Positions 1 to 10,918 are shown, counted from the first letter of the stretch. The stretch is DNA of 64,000 nt from Leptogorgia sarmentosa (GCA_964658305.1 OZ210885.1:15686001-15750000); one strand, 5' to 3'. A program made the numbers and translations. The notes: generated from the sequence alone by a model not told the origin.

Positions 1-60
1 GTTACAAATACGGGCATGTTACATGTGCGGGCTGCATTGCGTAATCGCCTTTGACCTGCT

Positions 61-2403
61 TTGAGTGGCGCGCGTGTCGAGTTACACAGTTGTCCACACG
101 TGTTTACTATGTCTGACGAGCATCGAAACTACTTCACCAGTTGTTCGGAAGTTATCTGTCCGTGTCATAATACCAACGGAAAACATAAGCACTGCAAGCT
201 ATGTGAAAAATCTTTCGATACAGAGTACAAATGTCACTGGCACTTCAAGGAAGCACATTTGAGCAGAGTCGTTGTCGTAGATGACCAATCATGTTTCCCC
301 TGTAAACTAACTCATGGCGAAAGTGGTTGTGGACGTGCTCATTATCACTGTCCGAAATGCGAGAAGAAGATCATAAACCGTAATAGATTCACCAAACATT
401 ATGCAAGTCATTCAAAACCAGCTACATGTAACCCTGATCCAGTACATTTACAAGAGGAAGGTACCTTAAGTGAGACAGAGACAGTGAATGAACCAAAACC
501 TAAGAGACAGAGATCGGAAAGAAAGGAGTGCCCAACCTGCAAAAAGGTAATGGATAAAAGAAGTCTGCTAAGGCATCAAAGAGATATTCACAAAGAAATT
601 ACTGCAACTAACGTTTGTGTTGACGAAGCAAGGGGTATATATATGGTTCGCAAAAGTGCTCATGGAGGTGTAGCTTATCCAGTACATGTTCAGAAGTGTG
701 TTTGGACGGGAAGTGACGGTGACCCAAATGTTAAACAAAGTCCATTTTGTGAAAACGACAGTTGCCGAGTATATATGGAGGTTGCATGGAGAAGTGGGAT
801 GAATGCCGTGGAATGTCAACACATCAGGAAAGTTGGTGTGAAAACTATGTACAAGGAAAAAGTGGAACTGGACGAAAGTCATCTCACCGACATCTCGCAA
901 GAAGGGACATTCAAACTTTTAACAGAAGAAAGAATTAAGCAGTGCGTATTCCTCTTGCAAGCAGCTACGGCAGGTAATGCAGAGTTGATTGTAAGTTTCG
1001 AAGATGGAGAAAGATATGTACACTTTTCTGTGTATGATGGTGGCGTCCACTACTATTCAAAATTGGGAAGGGTTATCGTCACCTGTGACCTGAAGAATGG
1101 TTCTTTAGACTGCGGATGTTGTCGACGTAAACGAGGTTGTGTACATAAGGCTATTTGTTCGTGGTACTTGCGCGGTGCAAAAAAGTTGGAGCAGTTCCAT
1201 AGTCTTGTTGACGACAATGGTGGCAATGAGCGGGAAATGTTGGACCACGAAATATCATCGGAACCAGAAAGAGCGTATGAGAGCAACAAACTATTTTACC
1301 CGCCAGCTGATGAAAATACCGTTGCAAACATGTGCAAGTATCTACAAGAACATAAGAAAATCCCCTTATCAGCAAATCGTGATCGGTCAAAATCAATTCC
1401 TCGTCGATATGTACCAACAGAAAAGGAATGCCCGTCTTGTTGTATTCCTCTTAGTAAACCTATTCTGATAACTTCCAAAGCTACTGTAATCACGATGGAT
1501 TCGGTAATAACAAACGCACAAACTTACTTTGTTAGATGCGATACGTGTGGAATGTGCTTTCGCTATCAAGAACACAAAGAAGGTGTCCACAACTTCAATG
1601 ATACGTTTCTGATGGGATTAGACGTGTGCATGTATTTACGAGACTGTCTTCAGTGTCACATACCTATTGGCAGTGCGAGCGAAGTTCTGGAACGAAGTCT
1701 GCAAACCAAACTGAATAACAGAATGATAATGAACGCTTTTCTCCATTTTGATGCCCTGAGTTCCCATCAATACAGGTTTAACTGTTCTATTTGTGGCCAT
1801 CACCCGACAATCATCATCATGGATTTGAATCGAAAGGTTTCGTTTCAGTGCCCGGCAGAATCCTTGCGTCTACCTGACAATTACGACCAATACAATGATG
1901 AGAACGATGTTGTTGATTGCGAAACATTTTGGACGAATGTGGAGTTATCAATGATTGTCCGCGGATTCCCTGGTGCATATGTGAAAGACTTTGTTGTGGA
2001 ACCTAACTTACTTAACTGGGCACCCTTTGTTGGCAGCAAAACTCGAGTGGGTAAACATGTGTACAATACGGAACATCGAAAAGTCAGAACGGAAGATGGC
2101 AAAATTGAAACAGACTGTCACGAAGTGACCGAAGAACGGTTGTTTGAAACTCTCCACCAGTCCACTCTAAAACAGACGCAGGCGTTTGCTAAGAAACTCG
2201 GGTTAACTGGAAAAGGTAGTAAACTGGACATAATAATGAACATTAAGAATGCAGTTGAGAATAACGAAGAGAAATTCAAGAAAGCGTTTTTCAAATTGTG
2301 GGGATGTTCTGATGTCCGAAGTTTTGCGACGAGTAACGCATGTCCGCCAGTTGAACGGTTTAATCAACACACAGCGTCAAGAGCAGTTGTACAACGTGTT
2401 TAA
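61..2403 (+). CDS. KDZ/Zisupton transposase N-terminal part (C2H2 fingers, SWIM, Cys clusters, SAP); HMGXB3-like; likely ATG at 109
   Basis: C2H2 fingers (CKLC..HFKEAH, CPKC..HYASH, CPTC..HQRDIH), SWIM (CGCCRRKRGCVH), Cys clusters (CPSC..RCDTC; CSICGHHP), SAP-like LHQSTLKQTQAFAKKLGLTGKGSKLDIIMNIK. Homology stops at KLWGCS. Confidence 0.8.
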   Translation: MSGARVELHSCPHVFTMSDEHRNYFTSCSEVICPCHNTNGKHKHCKLCEKSFDTEYKCHWHFKEAHLSRVVVVDDQSCFPCKLTHGESGCGRAHYHCPKCEKKIINRNRFTKHYASHSKPATCNPDPVHLQEEGTLSETETVNEPKPKRQRSERKECPTCKKVMDKRSLLRHQRDIHKEITATNVCVDEARGIYMVRKSAHGGVAYPVHVQKCVWTGSDGDPNVKQSPFCENDSCRVYMEVAWRSGMNAVECQHIRKVGVKTMYKEKVELDESHLTDISQEGTFKLLTEERIKQCVFLLQAATAGNAELIVSFEDGERYVHFSVYDGGVHYYSKLGRVIVTCDLKNGSLDCGCCRRKRGCVHKAICSWYLRGAKKLEQFHSLVDDNGGNEREMLDHEISSEPERAYESNKLFYPPADENTVANMCKYLQEHKKIPLSANRDRSKSIPRRYVPTEKECPSCCIPLSKPILITSKATVITMDSVITNAQTYFVRCDTCGMCFRYQEHKEGVHNFNDTFLMGLDVCMYLRDCLQCHIPIGSASEVLERSLQTKLNNRMIMNAFLHFDALSSHQYRFNCSICGHHPTIIIMDLNRKVSFQCPAESLRLPDNYDQYNDENDVVDCETFWTNVELSMIVRGFPGAYVKDFVVEPNLLNWAPFVGSKTRVGKHVYNTEHRKVRTEDGKIETDCHEVTEERLFETLHQSTLKQTQAFAKKLGLTGKGSKLDIIMNIKNAVENNEEKFKKAFFKLWGCSDVRSFATSNACPPVERFNQHTASRAVVQRV

Positions 2404-4144
2404 TAGGGACAACCGTTTTTTAAATTCGATGACGCCTGTAAATCACATATTCCTGTTCCGATCAAATATCGACATGATGAATAAACGCATCAACAGAAAG
2501 AACATCCAAAATCTTGAACATTTATCTTCCTTCACAGTAACCGAGGGTCAATTTGGACGAGTCATAATCGACAAAACGAAAAGAATTTCAGCGACAAAAA
2601 CAACGACCGTGACACCTACATCTTTCTCCACCCACGATACTGACTTGCCAGATAGTGGCCCACCAGAATGCGAAGAGAAAAGACCCAAGATGCAGCAAAG
2701 TCAACCCCGTTTATCCAATGAGACGGTGAAATTAGTTGACCTAACTGATTGTCCAAGTAGCCCCGAGAGTGAACCCAGCAACGTATTTCCTAGTCGCCCT
2801 CCAGATACGCCAAGTGACCCTCAGAAAACATGCTCAACTAACCGCCCAAAAGAAAATGAAGATGTGGATGAAGGCTTTTGGATTGAAGAACTTACATTAC
2901 GGTCAACTGACAAACGAATTTTGGAAGACGGACATTGGTTAAACGATCGTATTATTCTGGCCGTGTTCAAGATGTTGCGACTCCACCCCCGTTCTGTTAA
3001 ACTTGGTGGCTTACAAGATTTGATTCCGGCTGTTAAATATGGATTCAAGGAGGACGACCGTGAACATTTTGTCCAGATCATCAATGTTCGTGGAAATCAT
3101 TGGATAACGCTATCCAATATTAAAGCCTCTGAAAATGAAGTTCGCATCTACGACAGCCTAGTGAATCTCAATAGAAAGGGCAAGGAGATAAGCTATCCAA
3201 TCAATGTTGAACAATGCACCTGCAAGTTGGCGAGACCTGCACTTCGCTATATTTACATGCTTGTCACAAGCGTACAGCAACAAAAGGGTGGCTCAGCCTG
3301 TGGCTTGTTTGCGATAGCAAACACCATTGCCTTGTGTTTCGAAATGGATCCACTCACGTTAAGATGGAATCAGGACAGTCTCGGTCCCAGTTTTATGCGT
3401 TTGTTTGTTGATCGAGATTTCGACCTCTTTCTGACGTCCACATCCAAGAAGAAAGATGTCCCTATCAGAAAGTTTCTTTTCGAATGGGTGTGCTGGATTC
3501 ATTGCCACTGTGCATTGCCCGATGATGGCGAGCTAATGGGTCGATGCAAGAAATGCAAGAGATGGTTCCATAGCAGCTGCGAAAACGGTGATTTCAATGA
3601 TCCTGAATGGAAATGTCGCAATTGCATGAAACGCGAAGAAGAAACAAAGCAGTGGAAAGAAGCCAGAAAGAAAAAACGAGCCGAGCCGTTTGTGAAATTT
3701 CGTGCAGCAGTTAGGAAATACAGTGACCACGACGAGTTGGTGAAATTGTACAATAAAATAAACGAAATTGCGTGTCGCAGCGAGCTTCCACCGGGGGATG
3801 ACACAGTTGGGTATTTAAATGTTCAAGAATACAATGAGTGCACTGATGAGGAGACGCCTCGTCGTCCCAGATACGGCATAACTTACACGGTTGAGGAGTT
3901 TATGTTTATTGTCATCTTTCGCGAAACAAACAACGACAAACTGACAGTTTTTAAGACTCTGATTCACGAAATGGTACATTTACTCCAATATAAACGGGCT
4001 ATCAAGGGAACAGCTCACGGGAAAGAGTATAGAAATCTTGGGAAAGAAGTTTCCAAGTTGTTGCAAGCGAAGCTTCATGAATTTGAGAAGCCATACTGTG
4101 ACTTGGTGATCGACGAACAGGAAATATTTAATGCAAGATCCTGA
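2249..4144 (+). CDS. KDZ transposase C-terminal part fused to Ulp1/C48 protease, PHD finger and SprT-like metallopeptidase
   Basis: KDZ tail LRRVTHVRQLNGLINTQRQEQL..FLNSMTPVNHIFLFR; Ulp1 motifs WLND, NHW, IYDS, QQQKGGSACGLFAIA; PHD CHC..CKKCKRWFHSSC..WKCRNC; TLIHEMVH..AHGKEY. Confidence 0.8.
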   Translation: MQLRITKRNSRKRFSNCGDVLMSEVLRRVTHVRQLNGLINTQRQEQLYNVFNRDNRFLNSMTPVNHIFLFRSNIDMMNKRINRKNIQNLEHLSSFTVTEGQFGRVIIDKTKRISATKTTTVTPTSFSTHDTDLPDSGPPECEEKRPKMQQSQPRLSNETVKLVDLTDCPSSPESEPSNVFPSRPPDTPSDPQKTCSTNRPKENEDVDEGFWIEELTLRSTDKRILEDGHWLNDRIILAVFKMLRLHPRSVKLGGLQDLIPAVKYGFKEDDREHFVQIINVRGNHWITLSNIKASENEVRIYDSLVNLNRKGKEISYPINVEQCTCKLARPALRYIYMLVTSVQQQKGGSACGLFAIANTIALCFEMDPLTLRWNQDSLGPSFMRLFVDRDFDLFLTSTSKKKDVPIRKFLFEWVCWIHCHCALPDDGELMGRCKKCKRWFHSSCENGDFNDPEWKCRNCMKREEETKQWKEARKKKRAEPFVKFRAAVRKYSDHDELVKLYNKINEIACRSELPPGDDTVGYLNVQEYNECTDEETPRRPRYGITYTVEEFMFIVIFRETNNDKLTVFKTLIHEMVHLLQYKRAIKGTAHGKEYRNLGKEVSKLLQAKLHEFEKPYCDLVIDEQEIFNARS

Positions 4145-4639
4145 GCGTGGTATGAACATTTGTAATTTCATGTATAGTTATACGAGAGTGGTCATAATTT
4201 TTGGGCCTCGAATATTTTTTGCCTTCACCGCCCTTCAGTTCTATTTTTTACTGAATAAAAAACTTGCCACCCATTTATAGGAGCAAGGCTACGTTAGCCT
4301 TCTTTTTTTAACAACTTGTCGTCTAGTTTTAAAAATAATGACCATTCCGTAATATACTCTTTACGTATCCGATATGCATGATTACCCTAGACCAGTCAGT
4401 GCTCAGTAAATAGAAAAATGTGCCTGACAGTACGTGCATGGAAACGCGCTCAAATATACTAAATAGATTAATAAACAATTGATGTGAGGCTTCTATTCTC
4501 TAAATTTAATAAATAATAATAAAATAATTATTCCTTTATTTGGGTATCATATACGTTTTAAAAACACTAGCTATATCAATTATTCAAAACGAACATTTCA
4601 ACTGTATGCTATGGCAAATACAGTTTTTATGTTAAGTTT

Positions 4640-4860
4640 CTATGTACGGGCTCTATATTAATATGCCCGGTTGGCTACTAATATACGTGCTGTATGTTAC
4701 ATATACGGGCTCTGTGTTAATATACGTGCTGTATGTTACATATACGGGCTCTGTGTTAATATTAATATATTCGTGCTGTATGTTACATATACGAGCTATA
4801 TGTTAATACACGTGCTGTATGTTACATATACGGGCTGTATTATACATATGTACGGTTCTA
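4640..4860. repeat. Subterminal tandem repeat (~39-bp unit tatacgtgctgtatgttacatatacgggctctgtgttaa)
   Basis: Four to five imperfect copies; the unit shares tgttacat and tacgggc with the TIR. Confidence 0.8.
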
Positions 4861-5206
4861 TGCATGTTGTTACATATTGTACATTATCCTGTTTTTAGAA
4901 TTGTTTGATAATATATTTTGTATACAAGTGCGATTACGTAATACAGATACGATTACGTAATATATCTGTTCGCCCGCATATGTAACATGCCCGTATTTGT
5001 AACATGCCCGTATTTGTAACGTAACGTTACCACCCCTGCTCATTTTTTTTTTAATGCGACAGGAAAATGATTGTTTTGCTACTCGCTATCTATTGAAGAA
5101 TAGATAGCGAGTAGAGTAGCCAATCAAATTGCAGCATTTGCAATAGAATACGAGTATGATTCTACTAAATATATATATATATATTTATATAGATATTATA
5201 TATATA

Positions 5207-5931
5207 CATTAATAACCCCAACCCGGCCCGTAATCTCACCCTAACCAGGCTTCCAAATACTTATCAAAACTACTTGAAAGAAAATGTTTGGTTTTATAAA
5301 CACTGTCACAAAGAAATAGTACACTAGCCGGTTGCATATTTTTTCTAAGTGTGGACTTGATATTTAGTTTGGTGAGAATTCGACCGGCACTAGCTGGTTG
5401 CATATTTTTTCTAAGTGTCGACTTGATATTTAGTTTGGTGAGAATTCGACCGGCTACCGGCTAACAATACACATCCCTATTAATTCGACCGGCTAACGAC
5501 TGGCTAACACCCAAAATGACCGGCTAACTCCAACACTAGCCGGTTGCATATTTTTTTTAAGTGTCGACTTGATATTTAGTTTGGTGAGAATTCGACCGGC
5601 TAACAATACAAATCCCTATTAAATGGACCGGCTAACGACCGGCTAACGACCGGCTAACACCCAAAATGACCGGCTAACTCCAACACTAGCTGGTTGCATA
5701 TTTTTTCTAAGTGTCGTCTTCACTTACTTTGCTACGACACTTAGAAAAAATAAGCAACCGGCTAGTGTACTATTTCTTTGTGACAGTGTTTATAAAAGCA
5801 AACATTTTCTTTCAAGTAGTTTTTCGTAGGAAAGTAAGTGAAGACGACACTTAGAAAAAATATGCAACCGGCTAGTGTTGGAGTTAGCCGGTCATTTTGG
5901 GTGTTAGCCGGTCGTTAGCTGGTCCATTTAA
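5207..5931. repeat. Left part of a foldback/satellite-like repeat (ccggctaac arrays), host of the Kolobok insertion
   Basis: Tandem and inverted copies of actagccggttgcatattttttctaagtgtcg and accggctaac; continues at 19602-20195. Confidence 0.7.
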
Positions 5932-7539
5932 AGTGCATATGACATTTCCATCATTTCTTCACCAAAAATCCGCAAAAATCGTGCGATTTGAATCATATAT
6001 CTCTCACTGCAAACGGACCAATATTTCCAGAGATATTTTGAGTCAAAGTGGGTAAAAAACAGTATTTTTCAAAACACGGTCGGGAGAAAAATACCTGGAT
6101 ACGAATTAGGAGTTGTGATGTCATACGGGAACGGAAGTAAATAGCAAGTATTGAATTTCCAATACATGTGTTGTATTTGCCATAAAATTTTTATATTCTG
6201 CGCGAAGATTGCCGGAGAATGCCTTCTCGATGTGCTGTTTATGACTGTTCGAACACGCCAGATGCTGCAAATCAAATAGCGCTTTATCCCATTCCATATT
6301 ATGGGGATTCAAGGTCTGAGGCAGTGAGAAGACGGCAACGCTGGGTTGCGTTTGTCAAACGAAGGCGAGCGGGATGGGAGCCGACGAAAGATAGTCGTGT
6401 GTGCTCAAAACATTTCAAGGCTGAAGATTTTGTGCGCATTCTAAATCTTCCTGGGCTAGAAGAACGCACTTTCCCAAGACTTAAAAGGGATGATATTGGG
6501 ATATGTGTATATCCATCGATCCAAACCTTGGTAGAAGAAAAAGAACCTTCGGCCCGAGACGCGAGGGCAAAAAGACGCAAGGTGAGAAAAATTGCTATTG
6601 TGACTGGTGAGGTTTAATATTGAATACCTTGTAATGTGCTATAACGGTATTATTCCTTAGGTTATGAAGGGGGAATGTTCTTACTCGGAACTGTCGACGT
6701 CGTCAGCACATGGGATGCCCGGTGAAATCTCAGGCGCGATCTTTTCTGAAGCAGAGGAAACCTCGGCAGGACAAACAATAGGCGAAGTGCAAGAGGTATC
6801 TTTGGACTATCCTGTATGTTTATATGTGTATTGAAATAAATAATAAATATGTATTATTTCAGTTTGAGATTTCATGTGGTCCCGGGTTTACTGTATAAAA
6901 TCTTTCGTTTTAAGATTGTGCACAAGCGAACAGAGCCACAACAGGGAATTGATGCCTTCACACAAACTATTCCGCGCCAATGTGAACAATGTCTCAAATA
7001 TCAGAATGAAATCCGTATCCTCCGAAACAAGCTGATCAGTAACAAGCAATTTGTTGTCTGAAAGAAAGGCTACTGTTGCACAGTTAAAATCACGTGTGTA
7101 AACTTTCATTTTCCTTTGTAAAATTATATTTAGATGAAAATACTGGAAGTGTCAAAACAGTATGAATAGGACATATTTTATCATGTTCTTTATGGCCTTA
7201 CTTATTGGGTATTTTTATTTTCAAGAAATCGATACAAAAGAACAAAGTTCTGCTGTTAAGGAAGGTGACACTAGATTCTCAGAAGCAGAAGCCCCAACTG
7301 ACGATAAGTTGCAAGTTGCAAGTTCTGATGACATTGTGGTAGAGCCTGCCTCAGATTTTCTCACGTCGGATGCAAGTTTGGACACTGAAACTGAAAGCTC
7401 ATCATCAGGCACTGATACAAGCAGGTATGTATTAGAACTCTTGTTTTAATAACTCATTGTTTGTACCGAAGTCTTAAGAAATTGCATAAAACTGGTTACT
7501 TTTCTAACCTTTGCTACATTATGTATTGACATCATGGTT

Positions 7540-10500
7540 TTTTTTTTTTTTGCATAAACAAGATGGCGGTACAAAATGGCTGTCGAAGCTAGCTCGGCAA
7601 ATTTAAGTTTAATGGTTGGAAAAAAGCATAAAGTTGCAACTATTTTTACACTCCAGATAACCTTAAACGTCAAGGAAGACTTCGAGTCAAGTTTATTGCC
7701 ACAAAACAGCCAAATAAACGTTTTTCACTGATGAAAGATGCAATATCAACAGCACGAAGACGAACAAGCTCAAATACAAACTCAAATGCCGGCTTCCTTC
7801 AAATGTAACTTGTGTTCACGAACATTCTCCACAAATCACGGAAAAAATATTCATCTGAGTGCATGCAGGAAAAAGCTGGGCTCCTCACAACCAGTTCAAC
7901 AGCCCTCGGGCCAGCAAATATCAGCTCAAAGCGAGCCAAACAACAACAACAATGTACAAGTCCAATCATCATTGCCAAATGTTTGGGGTCAGGACCTGAC
8001 TAAAGAAGACGTCCACCATACGATTGATCAAATATATAATGAAATTGTATTCTGGAGGCGCAATCTATTTATGCTACCAAGTGGAGCGGCAGGAAAGAAA
8101 TTTATCACAGAAACAACAAAGTGGATCGAATACTGGAATAATGACTCTATCTACTTTAAAGATATTGCTCTTAAAGTGCTAATGGTCATGCCTGCTCTAC
8201 TTCTACAGAAACCAACATTCAAATCAACATCGAAGGAACACTCTAAATGCTTATCAAGACGACTGACACAATGGGAGAGTGGTGATTTAAATGCTTTGCT
8301 TCGAGAGGCCCGTACAATCCAAGATAAATTACATGCATCAAAGCCAAATAACATGAGTGAGGAACGCTTGGCGAAAACCTTTGCTAAGCTGGTACTTGAA
8401 GGAAAGATAAATGCAGCAATGAAGCTTTTGGATAAAGAAAATAGTAAGGGTGTCCTTCCGCTATCTCAAAGCACAATAGAAGAATTAAGACGAAAGCACC
8501 CGGATGCAACCGAAGCAGAAACATCTGAATTGATGGATGGTTCGCTACCCTTTGTTGACCCTGTTATGTTTCAAAACATAACAGAATCTACTATCATGGA
8601 TGCAGCTTTACGAACGAAGGGATCTAGTGGACCCTCGGGCTTAGATGCGGATGGTTGGAGGAGGATCCTCGTTTCAAAGAATTTTGCAACAGCTGGAAAA
8701 AATCTCAGATGTGCACTTGCTACCTTTGCACAAAAAGTCAGTACCGTTGAGATAGAAGCCACCGTCGAAGAGAACAAAATCTACACAAATCTTGAAGCTT
8801 ATTTAGCTTGTCGGCTGATACCTTTGGACAAGAACCCAGGAGTCAGACCCATAGGCATTGGCGAAGTATTGCGGAGGATTGTAGGAAAAGCTATCCTGTC
8901 AGTCATAAAGCCCGACATCATAAACTCAGCAGGAAACTTACAACTCTGTGCTGGTCAAGCAAGTGGATGTGAAGCTGCTGTACACGCCATTAAAGACATC
9001 TTTGATGCCCAGTCTACAGATGCAGCACTCCTGGTGGATGCGGATAACGCCTTCAACTCACTTAACCGTGCTGTATTACTACACAACATACAATACTTAT
9101 GCCCACCAATGGCTACGTATATAAGGAACTGTTACAGCATTCCATCTCGCTTATTTGTTCTTGGAGGTACCGAAATTTTGTCATCAGAGGGAACCACACA
9201 GGGCGATCCTCTGGCAATGCCAGTATATGCCATAGGAATAACCCCCCTACTGGAAGTCATTAAATCAGAAGACGCCAGAATAAAACATGTAGCCTTTGCA
9301 GATGATCTGAGTGGTGCTGGCAATTTAACCCATCTTCGAACATGGTGGGATAATATAGCAACTCTAGGTCCTAAACTAGGATACTACCCAAATGCTCTAA
9401 AATCATGGTTAGTTGTAAAATCAGAAGCAGAAGATGAAGCACAACAAGTCTTTGCTGATACTAACATTAAAATTACAACAGAGGGAAGAAAATATCTTGG
9501 AGGATTCATTGGCAGTGAGGATGGCCAGTCTAAATACGTCGAGGGTCTGGTAGACACATGGTGTGATCAACTGACACTTCTGTCCAAAATAGCACGATCA
9601 GAACCACAAGCCGCCTATGCTGTATTTACTAGTGGTTTTAGACATAAGTTGACCTATTATATTAGAACAATACCTAACATTAAGCAACATCTCGTGAAAC
9701 TAGACGAAGTAGTAGATAACAAGTTTATTCCAGCAATAACAGAAGGCCATATCTGCTCCACTGATGAAAGACTTCTGCTGTCTTTACCAGTAAAGAAAGG
9801 AGGACTAGCAATACCCATTTTTTCGAATATTGCTGACTTTGAGTATGCAAATTCTCGTTTAGTAACTGATCAACTTGTCACAAATATTAGGAATCAAGAC
9901 AATACAGCACCGATGGACACAGGACGGCTTAAGACCGCGAGAAAGAACGTAATCAAGGAGAGAGATGAACAGCATAAGACCATCCTCCAACAAATTCGCG
10001 AGAAGATGAATCAAGAACAAATCAGAGCAAATGACCTAAGCAGGATGAAGGGCGCTTCCAGCTGGCTGACTACTTTACCATTAAAGTCAGAAAACTTCAA
10101 CCTGAACAAGAGGGAGTTCTACGACGCGCTTAGTCTAAGATACCGTTGGACACCAAAGTATCTTCCATCAACCTGTCCCTGTGGTAAGAGATTCGATGTT
10201 GACCATGCGATGTCCTGTATGAAAGGCGGGTTCGTTCACAGACGCCACGACGATGTCAGAGATCTGTTTGGCGACCTACTTAATGATGTCTGCTACGATG
10301 TGCAAGTGGAGCCACAACTTGAAACGATAACAGGAGAAGTTCTTCCCTGCAGCGCCAACTTGGCAGATGAAGCCCGACTAGATGTCAGTGCTAGAGGCTT
10401 TTGGCAAAGGGGGCAACGTGCATTCTTTGATGTGAGGGTTTTTAACCCATTTGCAAAGAGCCACCTTAACCAGAAACTGAACACTACATTCACAAGTAAC

Positions 10501-10918
10501 GAGAACGAGAAGAAACGACAGTATAACAGACGTGTTATCGAAGTAGAACATGGTACATTCACACCACTCGTATTTACACCTTATGGTGGAAGCGGAAGAG
10601 AAGCTGAACGCTTTATATCAGAACTTGCCTTAAAGCTATCCACGAAGAAACAGCTCTACTACAATAACGTAATACGCTGGCTCAGAGTTAAATTATCTAT
10701 AAACCTAGTAAGGTCAGCTGTTTTATGCTTGAGAGGAACCAGAACCTTAAAACGACTAAATAATGACATTGACAATGTTGATATTGTAAATAGTTTTCAC
10801 AGAATTGAATAGACCCAAAGAAATTGGGTGCAAATTTTAAATATTTATCATTTTTAAATGCTAATTTTTATTGTTATTTATTTGAGAGAATTGTTAATAA
10901 AGTTTTATATACTTTCAA
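7540..10918 (+). mobile_element. CRE-clade (RLE-type) non-LTR retrotransposon
   Basis: 15-bp TSD attgacatcatggtt at 7525-7539 and 10919-10933; one long RT-RLE ORF; AATAAA about 17 nt before the 3' TSD. Confidence 0.85.
7738..10812 (+). CDS. C2H2 finger + reverse transcriptase + restriction-like endonuclease (1024 aa, uninterrupted)
   Basis: CNLC..HLSAC finger; GPSGLDA, VRPIGIGEVLRR, DADNAFN, TTQGDPL, AFADD; CPC..H..SC, RRHD, RLDV..FFDVRV..ENEKKRQY. Confidence 0.92.
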   Translation: MQYQQHEDEQAQIQTQMPASFKCNLCSRTFSTNHGKNIHLSACRKKLGSSQPVQQPSGQQISAQSEPNNNNNVQVQSSLPNVWGQDLTKEDVHHTIDQIYNEIVFWRRNLFMLPSGAAGKKFITETTKWIEYWNNDSIYFKDIALKVLMVMPALLLQKPTFKSTSKEHSKCLSRRLTQWESGDLNALLREARTIQDKLHASKPNNMSEERLAKTFAKLVLEGKINAAMKLLDKENSKGVLPLSQSTIEELRRKHPDATEAETSELMDGSLPFVDPVMFQNITESTIMDAALRTKGSSGPSGLDADGWRRILVSKNFATAGKNLRCALATFAQKVSTVEIEATVEENKIYTNLEAYLACRLIPLDKNPGVRPIGIGEVLRRIVGKAILSVIKPDIINSAGNLQLCAGQASGCEAAVHAIKDIFDAQSTDAALLVDADNAFNSLNRAVLLHNIQYLCPPMATYIRNCYSIPSRLFVLGGTEILSSEGTTQGDPLAMPVYAIGITPLLEVIKSEDARIKHVAFADDLSGAGNLTHLRTWWDNIATLGPKLGYYPNALKSWLVVKSEAEDEAQQVFADTNIKITTEGRKYLGGFIGSEDGQSKYVEGLVDTWCDQLTLLSKIARSEPQAAYAVFTSGFRHKLTYYIRTIPNIKQHLVKLDEVVDNKFIPAITEGHICSTDERLLLSLPVKKGGLAIPIFSNIADFEYANSRLVTDQLVTNIRNQDNTAPMDTGRLKTARKNVIKERDEQHKTILQQIREKMNQEQIRANDLSRMKGASSWLTTLPLKSENFNLNKREFYDALSLRYRWTPKYLPSTCPCGKRFDVDHAMSCMKGGFVHRRHDDVRDLFGDLLNDVCYDVQVEPQLETITGEVLPCSANLADEARLDVSARGFWQRGQRAFFDVRVFNPFAKSHLNQKLNTTFTSNENEKKRQYNRRVIEVEHGTFTPLVFTPYGGSGREAERFISELALKLSTKKQLYYNNVIRWLRVKLSINLVRSAVLCLRGTRTLKRLNNDIDNVDIVNSFHRIE

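Larger units (their letters stand above)
1..5038 (+). mobile_element. Zisupton/KDZ (Kyakuja-Dileera-Zisupton)-type DNA transposon, left end truncated by the window
   Basis: Positions 1-32 are the reverse complement of 4972-5003 with 1 mismatch. The right repeat continues to about 5038 (...gtaacgttaccacccctg). It encloses ORFs with SWIM, Cys-cluster, SAP and Ulp1 motifs typical of Zisupton. Confidence 0.8.

Noticed and set aside
61..2403. Host HMGXB3 gene
   Set aside because: Intronless, no HMG box, bounded by TIRs.
4671..4898. 75-aa repetitive ORF
   Set aside because: Translation of the 39-bp subterminal tandem repeat.
5300..5930. CRISPR-like array
   Set aside because: Repeats are tandem or inverted without unique spacers; eukaryotic context and no cas genes.
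7725..7770. Hammerhead at CTGATGA in the CRE 5' region
   Set aside because: No stem II followed by GAAA could be formed.
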